Made by a program: the position numbers and the translations under genes. Under the pieces are notes generated by a model that had not been told where the DNA came from, searched no databases, and worked only from the letters and a program-made list of their open reading frames with translations. A stretch of 63,867 bases of DNA, the filler included, from Atractiella rhizophila (taxonomy: Eukaryota), in the NCBI GenBank assembly GCA_021432655.1. It is 4 parts of 3 records of this genome, joined end to end, with 100 filler letters (N's around TTAATTAATTAA, not from the genome) between each part and the next. Parts side by side here need not be neighbours in the genome. Positions count along the whole stretch, not along the records: positions 38,831 to 61,878 come from MU271525.1; positions 61,979 to 63,867 come from MU271540.1; 2 more parts are not named here. One strand, written 5' to 3'. This document shows, one piece after another, positions 51,342 through 63,436 of the stretch (positions within the stretch are counted from its first letter, which is position 1; each line of letters opens with the position of its first letter).

Positions 51342-54237
51342 CTAGTGTTCGCCTAGCCAATAAAATGTCAGCAGAAATAAAGAGGAAGGAACAACATACA
51401 CATATTAAAGCCCACACTGAAAAACCTTGCATCGTTTTCGTTGACGAATGCCGTCCTGCAATGCAATCATGGATCCAAGATTCATGTACAATCAAAGAAA
51501 CGTATACTCACCGTTCTGCCATAAGTTTTAGCCTATCAGATTTCGTCTCCTCCAAAGTCGTCAATCCATCTATCTCCTGCCCAACTTTCGCCAACAATTC
51601 ATTAGGGAGCTTTCTGAGAGGAGAATCCAGCGGCAACCCCTCCAACTCATCCGTGTACCAATCTTGCTGCTGGGGAGGTACCTGGCTCGTGTCTAACACT
51701 TCTTCATCCCCAGAAACGTTTGGGTCAGAGAGGAAGAAGACGAGAATCTTTCTATGTCCTGCTTTCGATGGGTCGAGGAGAGAGAAAGGGGAGACACAAT
51801 GTTGATGCAGGTTCGGAAATGCAAGGCAACGTCCTTGCTTCGTTTGCACAGAACCGAGAGGTTGATTGAGAGGGCTATCCCTTCCCATCAACGCCTCTTT
51901 CAGAAGATTTCACTACGCCTGGAAAGATGGAAGCAAACAATGTTAAACCCCAGTTATACAAGCTCTCCTTATATTCATACTGGTCTGGCTGAGGCTACCA
52001 ACAGCGGTTAGTGATGTTGGATTGGCCATCGCGCACGTACCCAATCTGTTCTCATCCTAAAAGCCAACCTACTCTCGCTTACATTCTTCTCCGATATGTA
52101 CCAAATACCTGTCGCAACAATGCGCTCATTCCTCATACCCTCAACGTGCCACGTCCCCCCGTTGTAAGTAGGTTTCTCCGGAGTTAGGTAAATGGACGCG
52201 ATTTTGACGATGACCTTGAGAGTCATCCCTCTGAGCGATACGAAGGGAATCTTGAACCTGTGAACACCATAGGCAGGGTATTCATCTGGAACGTCAGAAA
52301 TCAATATTTGTGATTCCTCAATGTGCTTCTGTTTAATTGGCTCCCATGCTTCGTAATCCACATCATCAGGCTGATTGGGATAGTTCCCATCCTCCGTTTT
52401 CCAGATCGTTTCATAAGTCATGTTTTCTATCCTTCTCTTGATACCTTCTTTAAGATCACTCAAGACTCTCTCGAACAATGGAATGAAGACAGGGAAAATG
52501 AGAGCAATTGCTTCGTACATTTCCTTGTGTCGGATGGGGTGAAGGTTGTTGATGTACTCCTTGATCGTACAGCTTTTTCCGCTATCGGAAATCTCGAAAG
52601 GGGTGGGTAGCCAAGAGAACGATTTACTGATGGTATATTCAGGACAATCTATCCCTTCATCGCCGACTCGACTCCTCTGGTTGAGACCATTGGGATTGGG
52701 TGGATGGGCTATGCGCAGAGTTCCGCCGTTCCGTTCCGAGAGAGGGAGGGAGGATGGCCAGTAAAGTGTTCGATTGTAAACAACAGGATAGAGAGAAGGA
52801 TGCACGACGTCTAGCACTTGTTCGTTTGAGCGAGGGTGCCAGTCTTTCTCCTGTTCCGGTACATCTTCAAGAGAGACTCTCTCGAACAATGGAATGAAGA
52901 CAGGGAAAATGAGAGCAATTGCTTCGTACATTTCCTTGTGTCGGATGGGGTGAAGGTTGTTGATGTACTCCTTGATCGTACAGCTTTTTCCGCTATCGGA
53001 AATCTCGAAAGGGGTGGGTAGCCAAGAGAACGATTTACTGATGGTATATTCAGGACAATCTATCCCTTCATCGCCGACTCGACTCCTCTGGTTGAGACCA
53101 TTGGGATTGGGTGGATGGGCTATGCGCAGAGTTCCGCCGTTCCGTTCCGAGAGAGGGAGGGAGGATGGCCAGTAAAGTGTTCGATTGTAAACAACAGGAT
53201 AGAGAGAAGGATGCACGACGTCTAGCACTTGTTCGTTTGAGCGAGGGTGCCAGTCTTTCTCCTGTTCCGGTACATCTTCAAGAGTTTCGAGCGCAAAGAT
53301 GAAGGCGGACTGGAGAGCCTCGGGAATTAGCGAGTCGGACTGATAGATATTGTCTGCGCAAGCGACCTATAGGACAAACATCGTCGGAATATAACCTTAC
53401 GATGGGAAGGAGGAGCATACTTCTATTCCCTCTTCTGTCCGCATCGCATCGTATTCCTCTGTTCCCATTAGTTAGCTCGATTGTTGCTTGCTTATACAAA
53501 GCATTGTCTGGGTATGGCAGAGCACCTCGTACATCCGCACATAATTAAGGCATGGTTATTAACAGAAGGATCAACAAGACATGGTGCGGCTCTGGGCATT
53601 TGATGCATGTTAAGCTTGATTTCATACAACTTTCTCAGGATTGGTGTATAGAAATAATAAAAAGAGGAAGACGTAGCCAAGGCAGTACTCAAAAGGGGCG
53701 ATCGTTTCGAGCAAATCAATCCAGCCAGCAAGGAGAACCGCAGGGCAGAGATTAAGACCAAGCAACGGAGTGGTACTCACCGAGTTCTCTCATCACCCAA
53801 TCCACTGCTTTCTCGCTCAATTTACCGCGAACACCTAAAACTTCAATCTCCTGTTCCAGTGCCTCCCTCTTCCACTTTTTTCTGACCGCTTCCATCTTAT
53901 ACTTCTCCCACCACCTGTCTTTACTCCTCAATGTGGCACTGAGTACGATCATCCTCAGTTCGGTGAGGCAGAGCGGGAGATTCTCATCGCTGATCCGGTC
54001 CTCAAAGTCTTTAAAAGGGTGTGGATACGGTTTAGCGAGAGTGTTTGGAGATGGAGGTCGTGGGGGGCTCGAAGGAGATGTGGAAGATAAATGGTCCGCT
54101 GAAGCAGGTAAGGAGGAAACGTCTTCGCCCAGAAATTGATCGGCTCGAGTGATATCTTGAGACCCTCCGTCGTCACTGCGGTCATCGTCACAGGCAGCAG
54201 GGGAATCGTCCACTGACAGGCTTATCGCATCGGACAT
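51342..54237 (-). CDS. DUF4246 family protein (2OG-Fe(II)-oxygenase-like), copy 1, with internal 137-aa duplication
   Basis: KDWHP..VLDVVHPSLYPVVY, SWLPT, YINNLHP, VIVKIASIYLTPEKPTYNGGTWHVEGMRNERIVAT, FPNLHQHCVSPFSLLDPSKAGHRK; ends FNM/CEH*. Confidence 0.88.
52463..53284. repeat. 411-bp apparently perfect in-frame tandem duplication (52463-52873, 52874-53284)
   Basis: Identical sequence at period 411 = 137 codons; TCAAGA occurs at both parental breakpoints. Confidence 0.95.
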
Positions 54238-55932
54238 GGCGATTTCGTCCAAGGAGTACTTTGATTGGTCTCGAAGGATTGCGAAGCAGGGTGCTGGCTC
54301 TAGGACCAAGAGCAACAGACCTTTAAGACAGTTGGATCAGAATTACCTGCGTTTAAGTCGCTCTAATTGTCGCTGATAGGAAGTCCCTCCGCAGGTGGGG
54401 AAGTCAAGGTCTCCGTTGGGTCTGCAACTTGAGATGGCTACCCTACTCCGAGGTCACCACAGCCAGAAATGTTCCGTCGCCATCAGACATGCAACAAACC
54501 CGACTTTCTTTCCGTCTAGAAGGACTTCGCAACCATACTGCTCCATCAATCGTTGTGAGATTGCACAAAGTCTCAGAGGGATGCCTCGCAGAACTTGTGG
54601 TTCTCCCTCTACTGGCGTCCGCCTGCCTTGTAAATTGCGCGATTAATGGGACAGCCTGGAAGCGGCGCGCTGGAGGAAAAAGTTGCTAACCAGGAAACCC
54701 GTCTAGCATTTCTGTCAGAAAGCTCTACTCTGTTCTGCAGGGTGGAAGCAGCAGATATCTACGAGTCGGACTTTATTGTAGTATTCAGACCCTAATCTCT
54801 TTCGGAAAGCAACAGATTGTCTGCTTATTCACTAGCATAATCTGCCCATTCATTGAAACCACGGTCAACTCGCCCACCACATGAACGTTGTCCCATGAAC
54901 CTGGACATGACCACAACGAGTCCATTCAATCATTGTCTCGCTCCCCACCAAGCCGAAATGTTTCCACATCGTCCCTCTCAAATCTGATACCTCTGCCATC
55001 TGCCATGTTATCAAGATCTCCCTGGACCCAGCTCCTTTGGCTGGCCTGAAGGTGGTTTTTCGTCGGCTGCTAGATGGTGGAAGACCTCATTACAGTTCTC
55101 CTAACCTCTGGTCCAACTCGTCCGTCGGTGATCCAACGACCCTTCGGTTTGACGGAGTTGGCTTTGAGCCAATGATCTCGACATCTTCGTATTGACGACC
55201 GAGATCATCATTGAAGCGAGAACAAGTAGTCATCGTCACATCACGGAACGGCCGCAGTTTTAGCTCTATAAATCTCCAAAAGATCCATAGCGACCCGTCC
55301 CCCTTTTGCAACCCACCAGCAGTTCGCCTTTGGGCAAGACATGGGCAAATTGCTGGAGGGTACGTGCGTAAGGGGCATCTTTGACGTGCCCAATCACGTT
55401 AACGATGGTTGGCGACGTTAACATTTGATGGGTCTGCGGAACACGATCGGGAACGGTTTCGTCAGCTCCGACGTGTCTCGAGCCGCTCCCAAACTCCACA
55501 ACACGAACGCTCGATGAAATCATTGTCGCTCTGTGCGCGTGGGTAGAAGGAGGAACCAATCGTGCGCTGTCAAGGAGGGATTCAATGAAACGAACCCCTG
55601 CGGTGAAGCGGCGGTTATATAAAAGGAATAGACGCTATGACCGGGAAGCTGGATCAATCCCATTCCCAAAGCAAGCATTTATCGAAGGCATTCTCTACTT
55701 CTTCGGAACTTCTCTATGATGATTACTTGAACGCTGAGTCGAGTACGGAACGGTATGGAAGGAGGTGAAGACCTTCAAAGATTCAATGGTTCGTTTCTCC
55801 TCTTGTCCAACGAGCCTTATTCTTCTTCACCTCCTCACTCTCCTTTTCTATCCAATAGTTTGCAACCAAACGCCTGTCCGTAACTCGGGCAGGGTAGCAT
55901 AATACGAAGTGACAAACCCCGAAATATCAAAG

Positions 55933-56078
55933 GCCAGACTTTGAAAAACACGGACGTTTCTGAGCCTTCTTTCCTCCTATGATCATTCTGTTTTGTTCGT
56001 GCATTCACATCCATATATACTCATGCACTTCTGAATAAACCGAAAGCCAGACTTAGAAATACACGGACGTTTCTGAGC
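55933..56078 (+). repeat. 33-bp direct repeat, 2 copies, period 113
   Basis: gccagactt(t/a)gaaa(a/t)acacggacgtttctgagc at 55933-55965 and 56046-56078. Confidence 0.85.
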
Positions 56079-56993
56079 TCTCATATACTAGTAGTCGTTT
56101 CCCTATGTTTTAGTAGTTGCATTTTTGGTTAAAACCACTTTTCCTTGTTGGACTTGTAGCAGTTCCTAGCTTTCAATTTTAATAGTTTCCTTTTGTTCAC
56201 TGGCTAGTCCTCTTCACAATCGTCTTTGTTTGATACTCCCTTCCTCTCTTCCCGCGCCACATTCCCCCTTTGCAGTCGAAACGGAAATGTTGACACGCTT
56301 CGCAAACTCATTTCTCTCGCATGAGGATGTCATGATGTCAGGTTCACGTCTCCATCGACTTGGACGTGCCTGTTGAACATTGTGACGCCATTGGAAGGAC
56401 AAAGGAAATTAGCAATAGTTCAGAGAAGCTTAAGGCCTCATGCAGTCGAAGGTAAGAAAATGACGTCGATGAATGAGCAGGCAGCAGTTAGGCACACCAA
56501 AGGAACACGACAGAGGAAGGGTAGAAACAGCAACCTTCTCCTCTCCTCTCCTCAGGCTTGCTACCAACAACTAATCAATGAGGTATAACAACCGTCGTTA
56601 AAGAAAAGGAGAAAAAGACACTCACGCTTTTGCCAGCAGTTGAGCGAACTGCCGTACATAGCGCGGAACAAACGATAATCAACCATAATCAAGTACCAGT
56701 ACGAGGCAAGCAAGAGGTAAGCAAGAGGCAAGCATTTTGCTGACCCAGGAAAAGGATCTTCTTCTGTCCGAATCCGAAGCGGCCGCCGAAATCGGTAGAG
56801 CTTTTCTCCTCCTTAAATCGGCGGGCATCAACATTCAGCGTTCAAAGTTGTCAACAAGAAGGAACCCAAATGCCAGCCACCACGCCGTTCACCACCGCGA
56901 CGGTCTGTCCTTATCGCCTCATAAACAGCCTCTTCTGCTAGCCTCAGGGACAATTCCCATAGAGGATCAAGCTTTCGTGCAGTCAGCCTAGCT

Positions 56994-59134
56994 ATGACCC
57001 GAACAGGCTACACCTATCATCCACCCGCTTTTTATGCTTCCTTCAAACCTGAGAACCCTCTCAGCAAAATGAGCCACCGCGTCCTCCTTCGCCCAACACG
57101 CTGTCGGCTCCATATCCCCATCCTTTCCTCGACGCGGAGGAGCTGGATGTGTGGGAAGAGGACTTGATGTGTCTTACGGAGCTAAGGATGGTACTGCTGA
57201 GCGCGTCGATTAGGGAGAAGGAGAAATGGTGGGAAAAATATAGGAGCAAAGAGATAAGGGACAAGTGGAGAGAGGAGGCGTTGGCGCAGGAAATAGAGGT
57301 GTTGGAAGTTAGTAGGAGATTGAGTGAGCAGGCTGTTGACTGGGTGTTAAGGGAACTAGGTATGTCCAACTCCCTCCCGTCGTTGTTTGCAATGGCTAAT
57401 GGCAGTAAATGAACAGAGGAATACGACGCGATGCGTACAGGAGAAGGAATCGAAGTGCGTTTACTGTTCTAACACTCTTTAGCTCTTCTGAAACGTGTTT
57501 ATTTGAATGCAGGTTTCTTGCGCCGACAACATTTATCAGAGCGATACTCTCATACAGTTTCCACTTCGTTCATCGTTCTTATCCGCCCTCAAAGTGCTTG
57601 AAGACATTCCCGATACAGAAAAGGACTGGCACCCTAGGTCAAACCATCAAGTACTTGATATCGTTCATCCTTCCCTGTATCCTATCGTTTACGGGAAGAC
57701 TTTACATTGGCCCTCCTCCGTTCCACTATCCGAGAGGAATGGCGGAACTCTACGCCCAGTAGAGCCTCCGGTGCTCAAACCACCAGCGGAAGATCAAACG
57801 ACATATGGAGAAGGTGATCCAACTTATTCCCTCAGCCAAAACTTTGCTTGGCTGCCTACTCCTTTTGAGATATCCACAGATGGACAATCCTGCCGCATTG
57901 CGAGCTACATCAATAACTTGCACCCCAAGCAACATGCCGATATGTACGCATGCATCGCGCTCACGTTTCCGCTTTTCATCCCACTTTTCGAACGGGTGTT
58001 GAGCGATTTGAAAGAAGGAATGAAGAGGCGGATCAAAGTCATGTCTTACACCACCATCTGGAACACAGAAGATGGGACTAAGCCCACCTTCGACTCCAAT
58101 ATGGAATATGAGCAGTTCTGGCAGATCGAAGAGAAAGCGATTGAAGAAAGCGAGGTCATCCCTTCTGACGTTCCTGCCGAATACCCACCACATGGAGTCC
58201 ATCGATTTAAGCAGCCCTTTCGTTTCACTGAAAGGGAAGACGTTAAAAGTGATTGTGAAGATTGCGAGCATTCACTTGACGCCGGAGAACCCGACGTATG
58301 AAGGCGGAAAGTGGCATGTTGAGGGGATGAGGAACGAAAGGATCGTGGCGACTGGCATCTGGTATGTTGAGGAGGAGAATGTGAGCGAGAGCAGATTGGC
58401 GTTTCCGAAGGCGCACTGATAGGGTATGTAATTCGTCTCCTCACGTTCCTTCATAGTGACATCGAACCCCTATCGTTAGCCGCATCACGAACAGGCTGAC
58501 GAAAAAGGATGCATCCATAACTGGGGCTTCACTGCGTAGGTCCTTCTGATCTTCTTCACGCCAATTAATTCTCACGAAGTAAATGGAAGGAACGCTCCCT
58601 TGAACCAACCGATTGGCTCCGTTCACACAAAAGCTGGCCGTTGCATCGCCTTCCCCAACTTGTACCAGCATTGCGTGTCGTCCTTTTCTCTACTCGACCC
58701 TAGCAAGCCAGGACATCGAAAGATCGTGGTGTTCTTTCTCTCGGATCCCAACTTGACGGGGGACGAGGAAGTATTGGACACAAGTCAGGTACCACCACAG
58801 CAAAAAGAATGGTACACTCGCGAGTTGGAGGCATTACCGCTTGACTCCGCCCTGAAACAGCTACCAAATGAACTACTTGCGAAGGTGGGGGAGAGTATTG
58901 ATGGCCTCTTCACGCTGGAAGAGACTAAGGAGGATCGATTAAAGCTAATGGATGAACGGTCCGCATCTGCTTATATGTCCATATGAAACTGATTCTGACA
59001 TCTGCGTGGTTAGGTCGACGTTCATAACGGAGAGCGATGAAAAGTTTTTCCAGGTAGATTTTAACATGTGTAAGTCCTCTTGCTTTGTGGTACGATTTCT
59101 GCTCTGATGTTATGATGGGACAGGCGAGCATTGA
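56994..59134 (+). pseudogene. DUF4246 copy 2 with three apparent frameshifts (pseudogene or sequencing error)
   Basis: Full exon set from MTRTGYTYHPPAFY to FNM/CEH*; relative to copy 3, a frame break at ~57030-57064 and extra T at 58218-58220 and 58402-58404. Confidence 0.7.
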
Positions 59135-59558
59135 GAAGATAATATGCAGACTTTTCCTTTATGCAAATGAATTATGCGTTCAAGAATAAGGATAGCCCGC
59201 TTCCATATCTTGATGTCCGAGGGACATGCTTCTGACTTTCTAATTGCAAAGCAAATACAGGAGTACGTCAACGCTGCAAATGGCATTGGCAATGGCTTGG
59301 TGAGTGGCCAGGGCAAAAGATGAAGAGAAAGGAACTATATAGACTCACGTTTTGCTTTCGTGCCTTGACCGAAACGCCAGCGCAGAAATGAAATGTCCTA
59401 AATCAATCAGTATTCCATCCCGCGAGTCATAGTTTGATCTCACTAGCATACGCAATGAGCTCATGACTTACAACACTCACTGTAACTGAATCGAGTTGGA
59501 GTTCCTTGATCTTCTCCTATCAGCTCCACACAACCACCGACCATCAAGGCATCAAGAC

Positions 59559-61878
59559 ATGAGAATAGGCGAGACTTTTCATCCACCCGCTTTCTACTCC
59601 TCCAAACTTGAGAGCGCTTCTCCGCAAAATGAGCCCCCACGTCCTCCCTCACCCAACACGCTCTCCACTCCATACCCCCATCCCTTCCTCGACATGGAGC
59701 AGCGGTGTGAGTGGGAAGAGGATTTGATGTGTCTTACGGAACTGAGGATGATCCTGCTAAGCGCGACGATCAGGGAGAAGGAGAGGTGGTGGGAGAAATA
59801 TAGGAACAAAGAGATAAGGGACAAATGGAGGGAGGAGGCATTGGCGCAGGAAATAGAGGTGTTGGGCGTTAGCAGGAAATTGAGTCAGCGGGCTGTCGAT
59901 TGGGTACTGAAGGAACTCGGTGTGTGGTCTGTGACTTTATCGGGTTCTCTGCTGCTTTGTATACTGGAAGAAGTAGTCATACTTACTGTATCAATCCTAC
60001 TTTCTACACACCAAGCGGACGATGATCATGTTTTGATACAGCGTATCTGCTGTGAGCGTTTGCACGTCAGAAGAAAAAAGTGAAGGACTGTTCAGAGTAC
60101 TCGTTGAGCGCTGTCTAGATTTAAAAGCATTGATGAAATGAACGAACGAATATTGCTGGGTCGCTGGCATGTCGTTTAAAAATGATCACTCAAATACGCA
60201 GAAGGCTACTATCGATAATCGGTATTGTCAATATTTTGAAAGAATTGAGCACACAGACGTTATTTTACGTCATAGATATTAGTCCTAGTCTTTGGACAAC
60301 TAAACAAGTTAGAGGCTCATCTAGCTCATTGCAACGAAAACACGTATTAAAGACAGCGGGACTGTCTGCTTGGTTCGTCGATATTCTGATGCAGTTAGAG
60401 TTGTGAGGCGAAATTGTCTATGTGATAATCTAGAGCACTTATTTTCCCATTTATCTCCTCGTTATCGACTAAACAGGTCATGAATCAAATACAGAGACCT
60501 CTGGGACGCCTCTAGGCTCCCTTTTTGCAGCGATGTTGGCTTTTCTTGACGTTTCAGTGTTCCTCGTTAGTGTCGACATGCTATATCTTCCCGGAATGAG
60601 ATAGGATACTGTTATCGTCCAGCTTCCTCCCTCCCTTCGTTGTTCGCGATGGCTAATGGAAGTAAATGAACAGAGGAATACGACGCAATGCGGACGGAAG
60701 AAGGAATCGAAGTGCGTTGACTGTTCTATCCGCTTATTTCTCCCTTTTGACCATTACTACTTGAACGTAGGTTTCTTGCTCCGACAACATTTATCAGAGC
60801 GACACGCTCATTCACATACCACTTCGTTCCTCATTTTTATCCGCCCTCAAAGTGCTTGAAGATATTCCCGATACAGAAAAGGACTGGCACCCGAGGTCAA
60901 ACCATCAAGTCCTTGATATCGTTCACCCTTCCCTGTATCCTATCGTTTACGGGAAGACTTTACATTGGTCCTCCTCCGTTCCACTATCCGAGAGGAATGG
61001 CGGAACTCTACGCCCAGTAGAGCCTCCGGTGCTCAAACCACCAGCGGAAGATCAAACGACATATGGAGAAGGTGATCCAACTTACTCCCTCAGCCAAAAC
61101 TTTGCTTGGCTGCCTACTCCTTTTGAGATATCCACAGACGGACAATCCTGCCGCATTGCGAGCTACATCAATAACTTGCACCCCAAGCAACATGCCGATA
61201 TGTACGCATGCATCGCGCTCACGTTTCCGCTTTTCATCCCACTTTTCGAACGGGTGTTGAGCGATTTGAAAGAAGGAATGAAGAGGCGGATCAAAGTCAT
61301 GTCTTACACCACCATCTGGAACACAGAAGATGGGACGAAGCCCACCTTCGACTCCAATATGGAATATGAGCAGTTCTGGCAGATCGAACAGAAAGCGATT
61401 GAAGAAAGCGAGGTCATCCCTTCTGACGTTCCTGCCGAATACCCACCACATGGAGTCCATCGATTCAAGCAGCCCTTCGTTTCACTGAAAGGGAAGACGT
61501 TAAAAGTGATTGTGAAGATTGCGAGCATTCACTTGACGCCGGAGAACCCGACGTATGAAGGCGGAAAGTGGCATGTTGAGGGGATGAGGAACGAAAGGAT
61601 CGTGGCGACCGGCATCTGGTATGTCGAGGAGGAGAATGTGAGCGAGAGCAGATTGGCGTTCCGAAGACGCACTGATAGGGTATGTAATTCGTCTCCTCAC
61701 GTTCCTTCCTAATGACATTGAGCATCTATCGGTAGCCGCACCATGAACAGTCTGACGAGAAAGCATGCATCCATAACTGGGGCTTCACTGAGTGTGTTCT
61801 TCGATATTGCTCTCACCAAAAATGAATTTTGACGAAGACAATGGAAAGGCACTCCCCCTTGAATCAACCAATTGGCTC
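59559..61878 (+). CDS. DUF4246 copy 3; 3' end truncated by linker gap
   Basis: MRIGETFHPPAFY.., 754-nt intron 59920-60673, intact WHVEGMRNERIVAT exon. Confidence 0.85.
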
Positions 61879-61978
61879 NNNNNNNNNNNNNNNNNNNNNN
61901 NNNNNNNNNNNNNNNNNNNNNNTTAATTAATTAANNNNNNNNNNNNNNNNNNNNNNNNNNNNNNNNNNNNNNNNNNNN
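61879..61978. other. Artificial contig linker N44-TTAATTAATTAA-N44
   Basis: Same layout as the other two linkers. Confidence 0.95.
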
Positions 61979-62667
61979 CGGATGAGACCCATCTGGGCAT
62001 TGTTTTATTGCGGCCGTGGAGCTGTCAAGAATGGAACTACTGGGACTCCAGATGCGCATCTTGCAACTTCAATGATGGCCGCTGGTGCTGTCATTGACAT
62101 AGATAATAGGGAATTCACGATCCAGAATGATCGATGATCCGATCACATCCAACGTCGTAGATACCAAAAATTGGACTCGGATTCCGACAAACTTTCTGCC
62201 AACAACCAGGCGGCGCGAGGCCTTTGAGGACTTCGACATAGGCTGTTGGCTGCTTCATTCAATCAGAGCCATTCTGTCGGCAATAGGCTAGATCATGTTC
62301 AATGCTTTCAATGCAGATCTGAAAGACACGCACTGTGTACAGAATCAGGTACGGAATGCTTCTTTTAGCTTCTGCACCCACCTGACTTCCAGAACCGAGC
62401 CATTCATGACATTCATATCTTTATGGCCGAGTTCGTGCAGTTTTCAGAGCGTGGAACAACATTTTGCAAACTCAGAAGAGAAGCCGTCGTCGTGGGTGAT
62501 CTGTACTGTACTGAGGCTAATGGAAACCAGAGATGACAACCCTCACACCTGGTAATGTAAAACATCAGAACTGTCTAAACCCTTCGTATCGCAAGGCTTC
62601 AGAAGCTTCCGCTGCACACTCCTAATCCTTGCGTCTCAATACAGCTGTTTTGATCATGGTATTGAAG

Positions 62668-63097
62668 CAGTCTTGCACTGGTCGACATTCAAAAGAAGGG
62701 GTGACGCTATTTTCCTTTTGTGCACCCTCGAAATGGCGGAGAGAGGTCGGTATGAGTTCGGAACCGACGTAAAGTTCAGTAATAATGCAGCAGTAAAATA
62801 ACTTAGAGCAGAGCAATAGGGAACAACGCAGAGCAGCTATAATAATGTGAGATATTAACTGCTAAACGACCCAAATCCCCCAGTTGAAATGGTAAATGTT
62901 ACATTCGGACTAAGAGAAGTGAGCCAACATCCCCCTTAAACCAGAGTCAGAGTAAGGAACAGTAATACATTGCACGTGCACTGTACATCGGTTCCGAACC
63001 AATACCGACCTCTCCCCGCCATTTCGAGGGTGCATTTGCCGCACAAAAAGAAAATAGCGTCACCCCTTCTACTGAATTGTCGACCAGTCCAAGACTG
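62668..63097. mobile_element. 430-bp non-autonomous TIR element (MITE), Mutator-like by TSD and TIR length
   Basis: Imperfect TIRs of ~105-115 bp (62668-~62771 vs ~62984-63097; ends CAGTCTTG...CAAGACTG) flanked by a perfect 9-bp duplication GTATTGAAG (62659-62667, 63098-63106). Confidence 0.88.
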
Positions 63098-63196
63098 GTA
63101 TTGAAGGATATCTGGTGGTGCCCATAATTCTGTTTTCCCGCACTCCCGCAACCTGAACTTATGACTTAACGGTCGGAAAATCGGACGGACAATTGG

Positions 63197-63206
63197 GTCA
63201 CGTGAC
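63197..63206. promoter_or_regulatory. Palindromic E-box GTCACGTGAC (candidate bHLH site)
   Basis: Perfect 10-bp palindrome 28 nt upstream of the cyclin ATG. Confidence 0.45.
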
Positions 63207-63234
63207 ATTTACCTTTCCCTTCTTCCTGCTCCCT

Positions 63235-63436
63235 ATGTCCACTCGAAGCACCCCGTCCACGTCAACTTCAGCATCCACCTCCACTTCCACAGTAGGCGGA
63301 AGCGTAGGCAGCGATGGTCGGGTGCGATCGAGGACTCCAAGGCGAGATGTTGTACCGACTAGGCAGGAGGGAAATATTAGGATTGTGCCAGATGTTTTTG
63401 AGACCTGCATGATCGAGGACTTGATCGTCCTTATTG
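63235..63436 (+). CDS. First exon of a Pho80/PREG-like (Pho85) cyclin; remainder outside the window
   Basis: IVPDVFETCMIEDLIVLI followed by donor GTACGT; resembles the PREG pre-cyclin-box segment LPxxYExCxxEDxVVLIA. Only one exon is visible. Confidence 0.6.

Noticed and set aside
55933..56078. 33-bp repeat as a possible CRISPR array
   Set aside because: Only two copies, an 80-bp spacer, eukaryotic context and no cas genes.
810..61766. Numerous antisense or overlapping ORFs in the ORF track
   Set aside because: They are shadows of the real exons in other frames or strands, with no independent motifs or splice structure.
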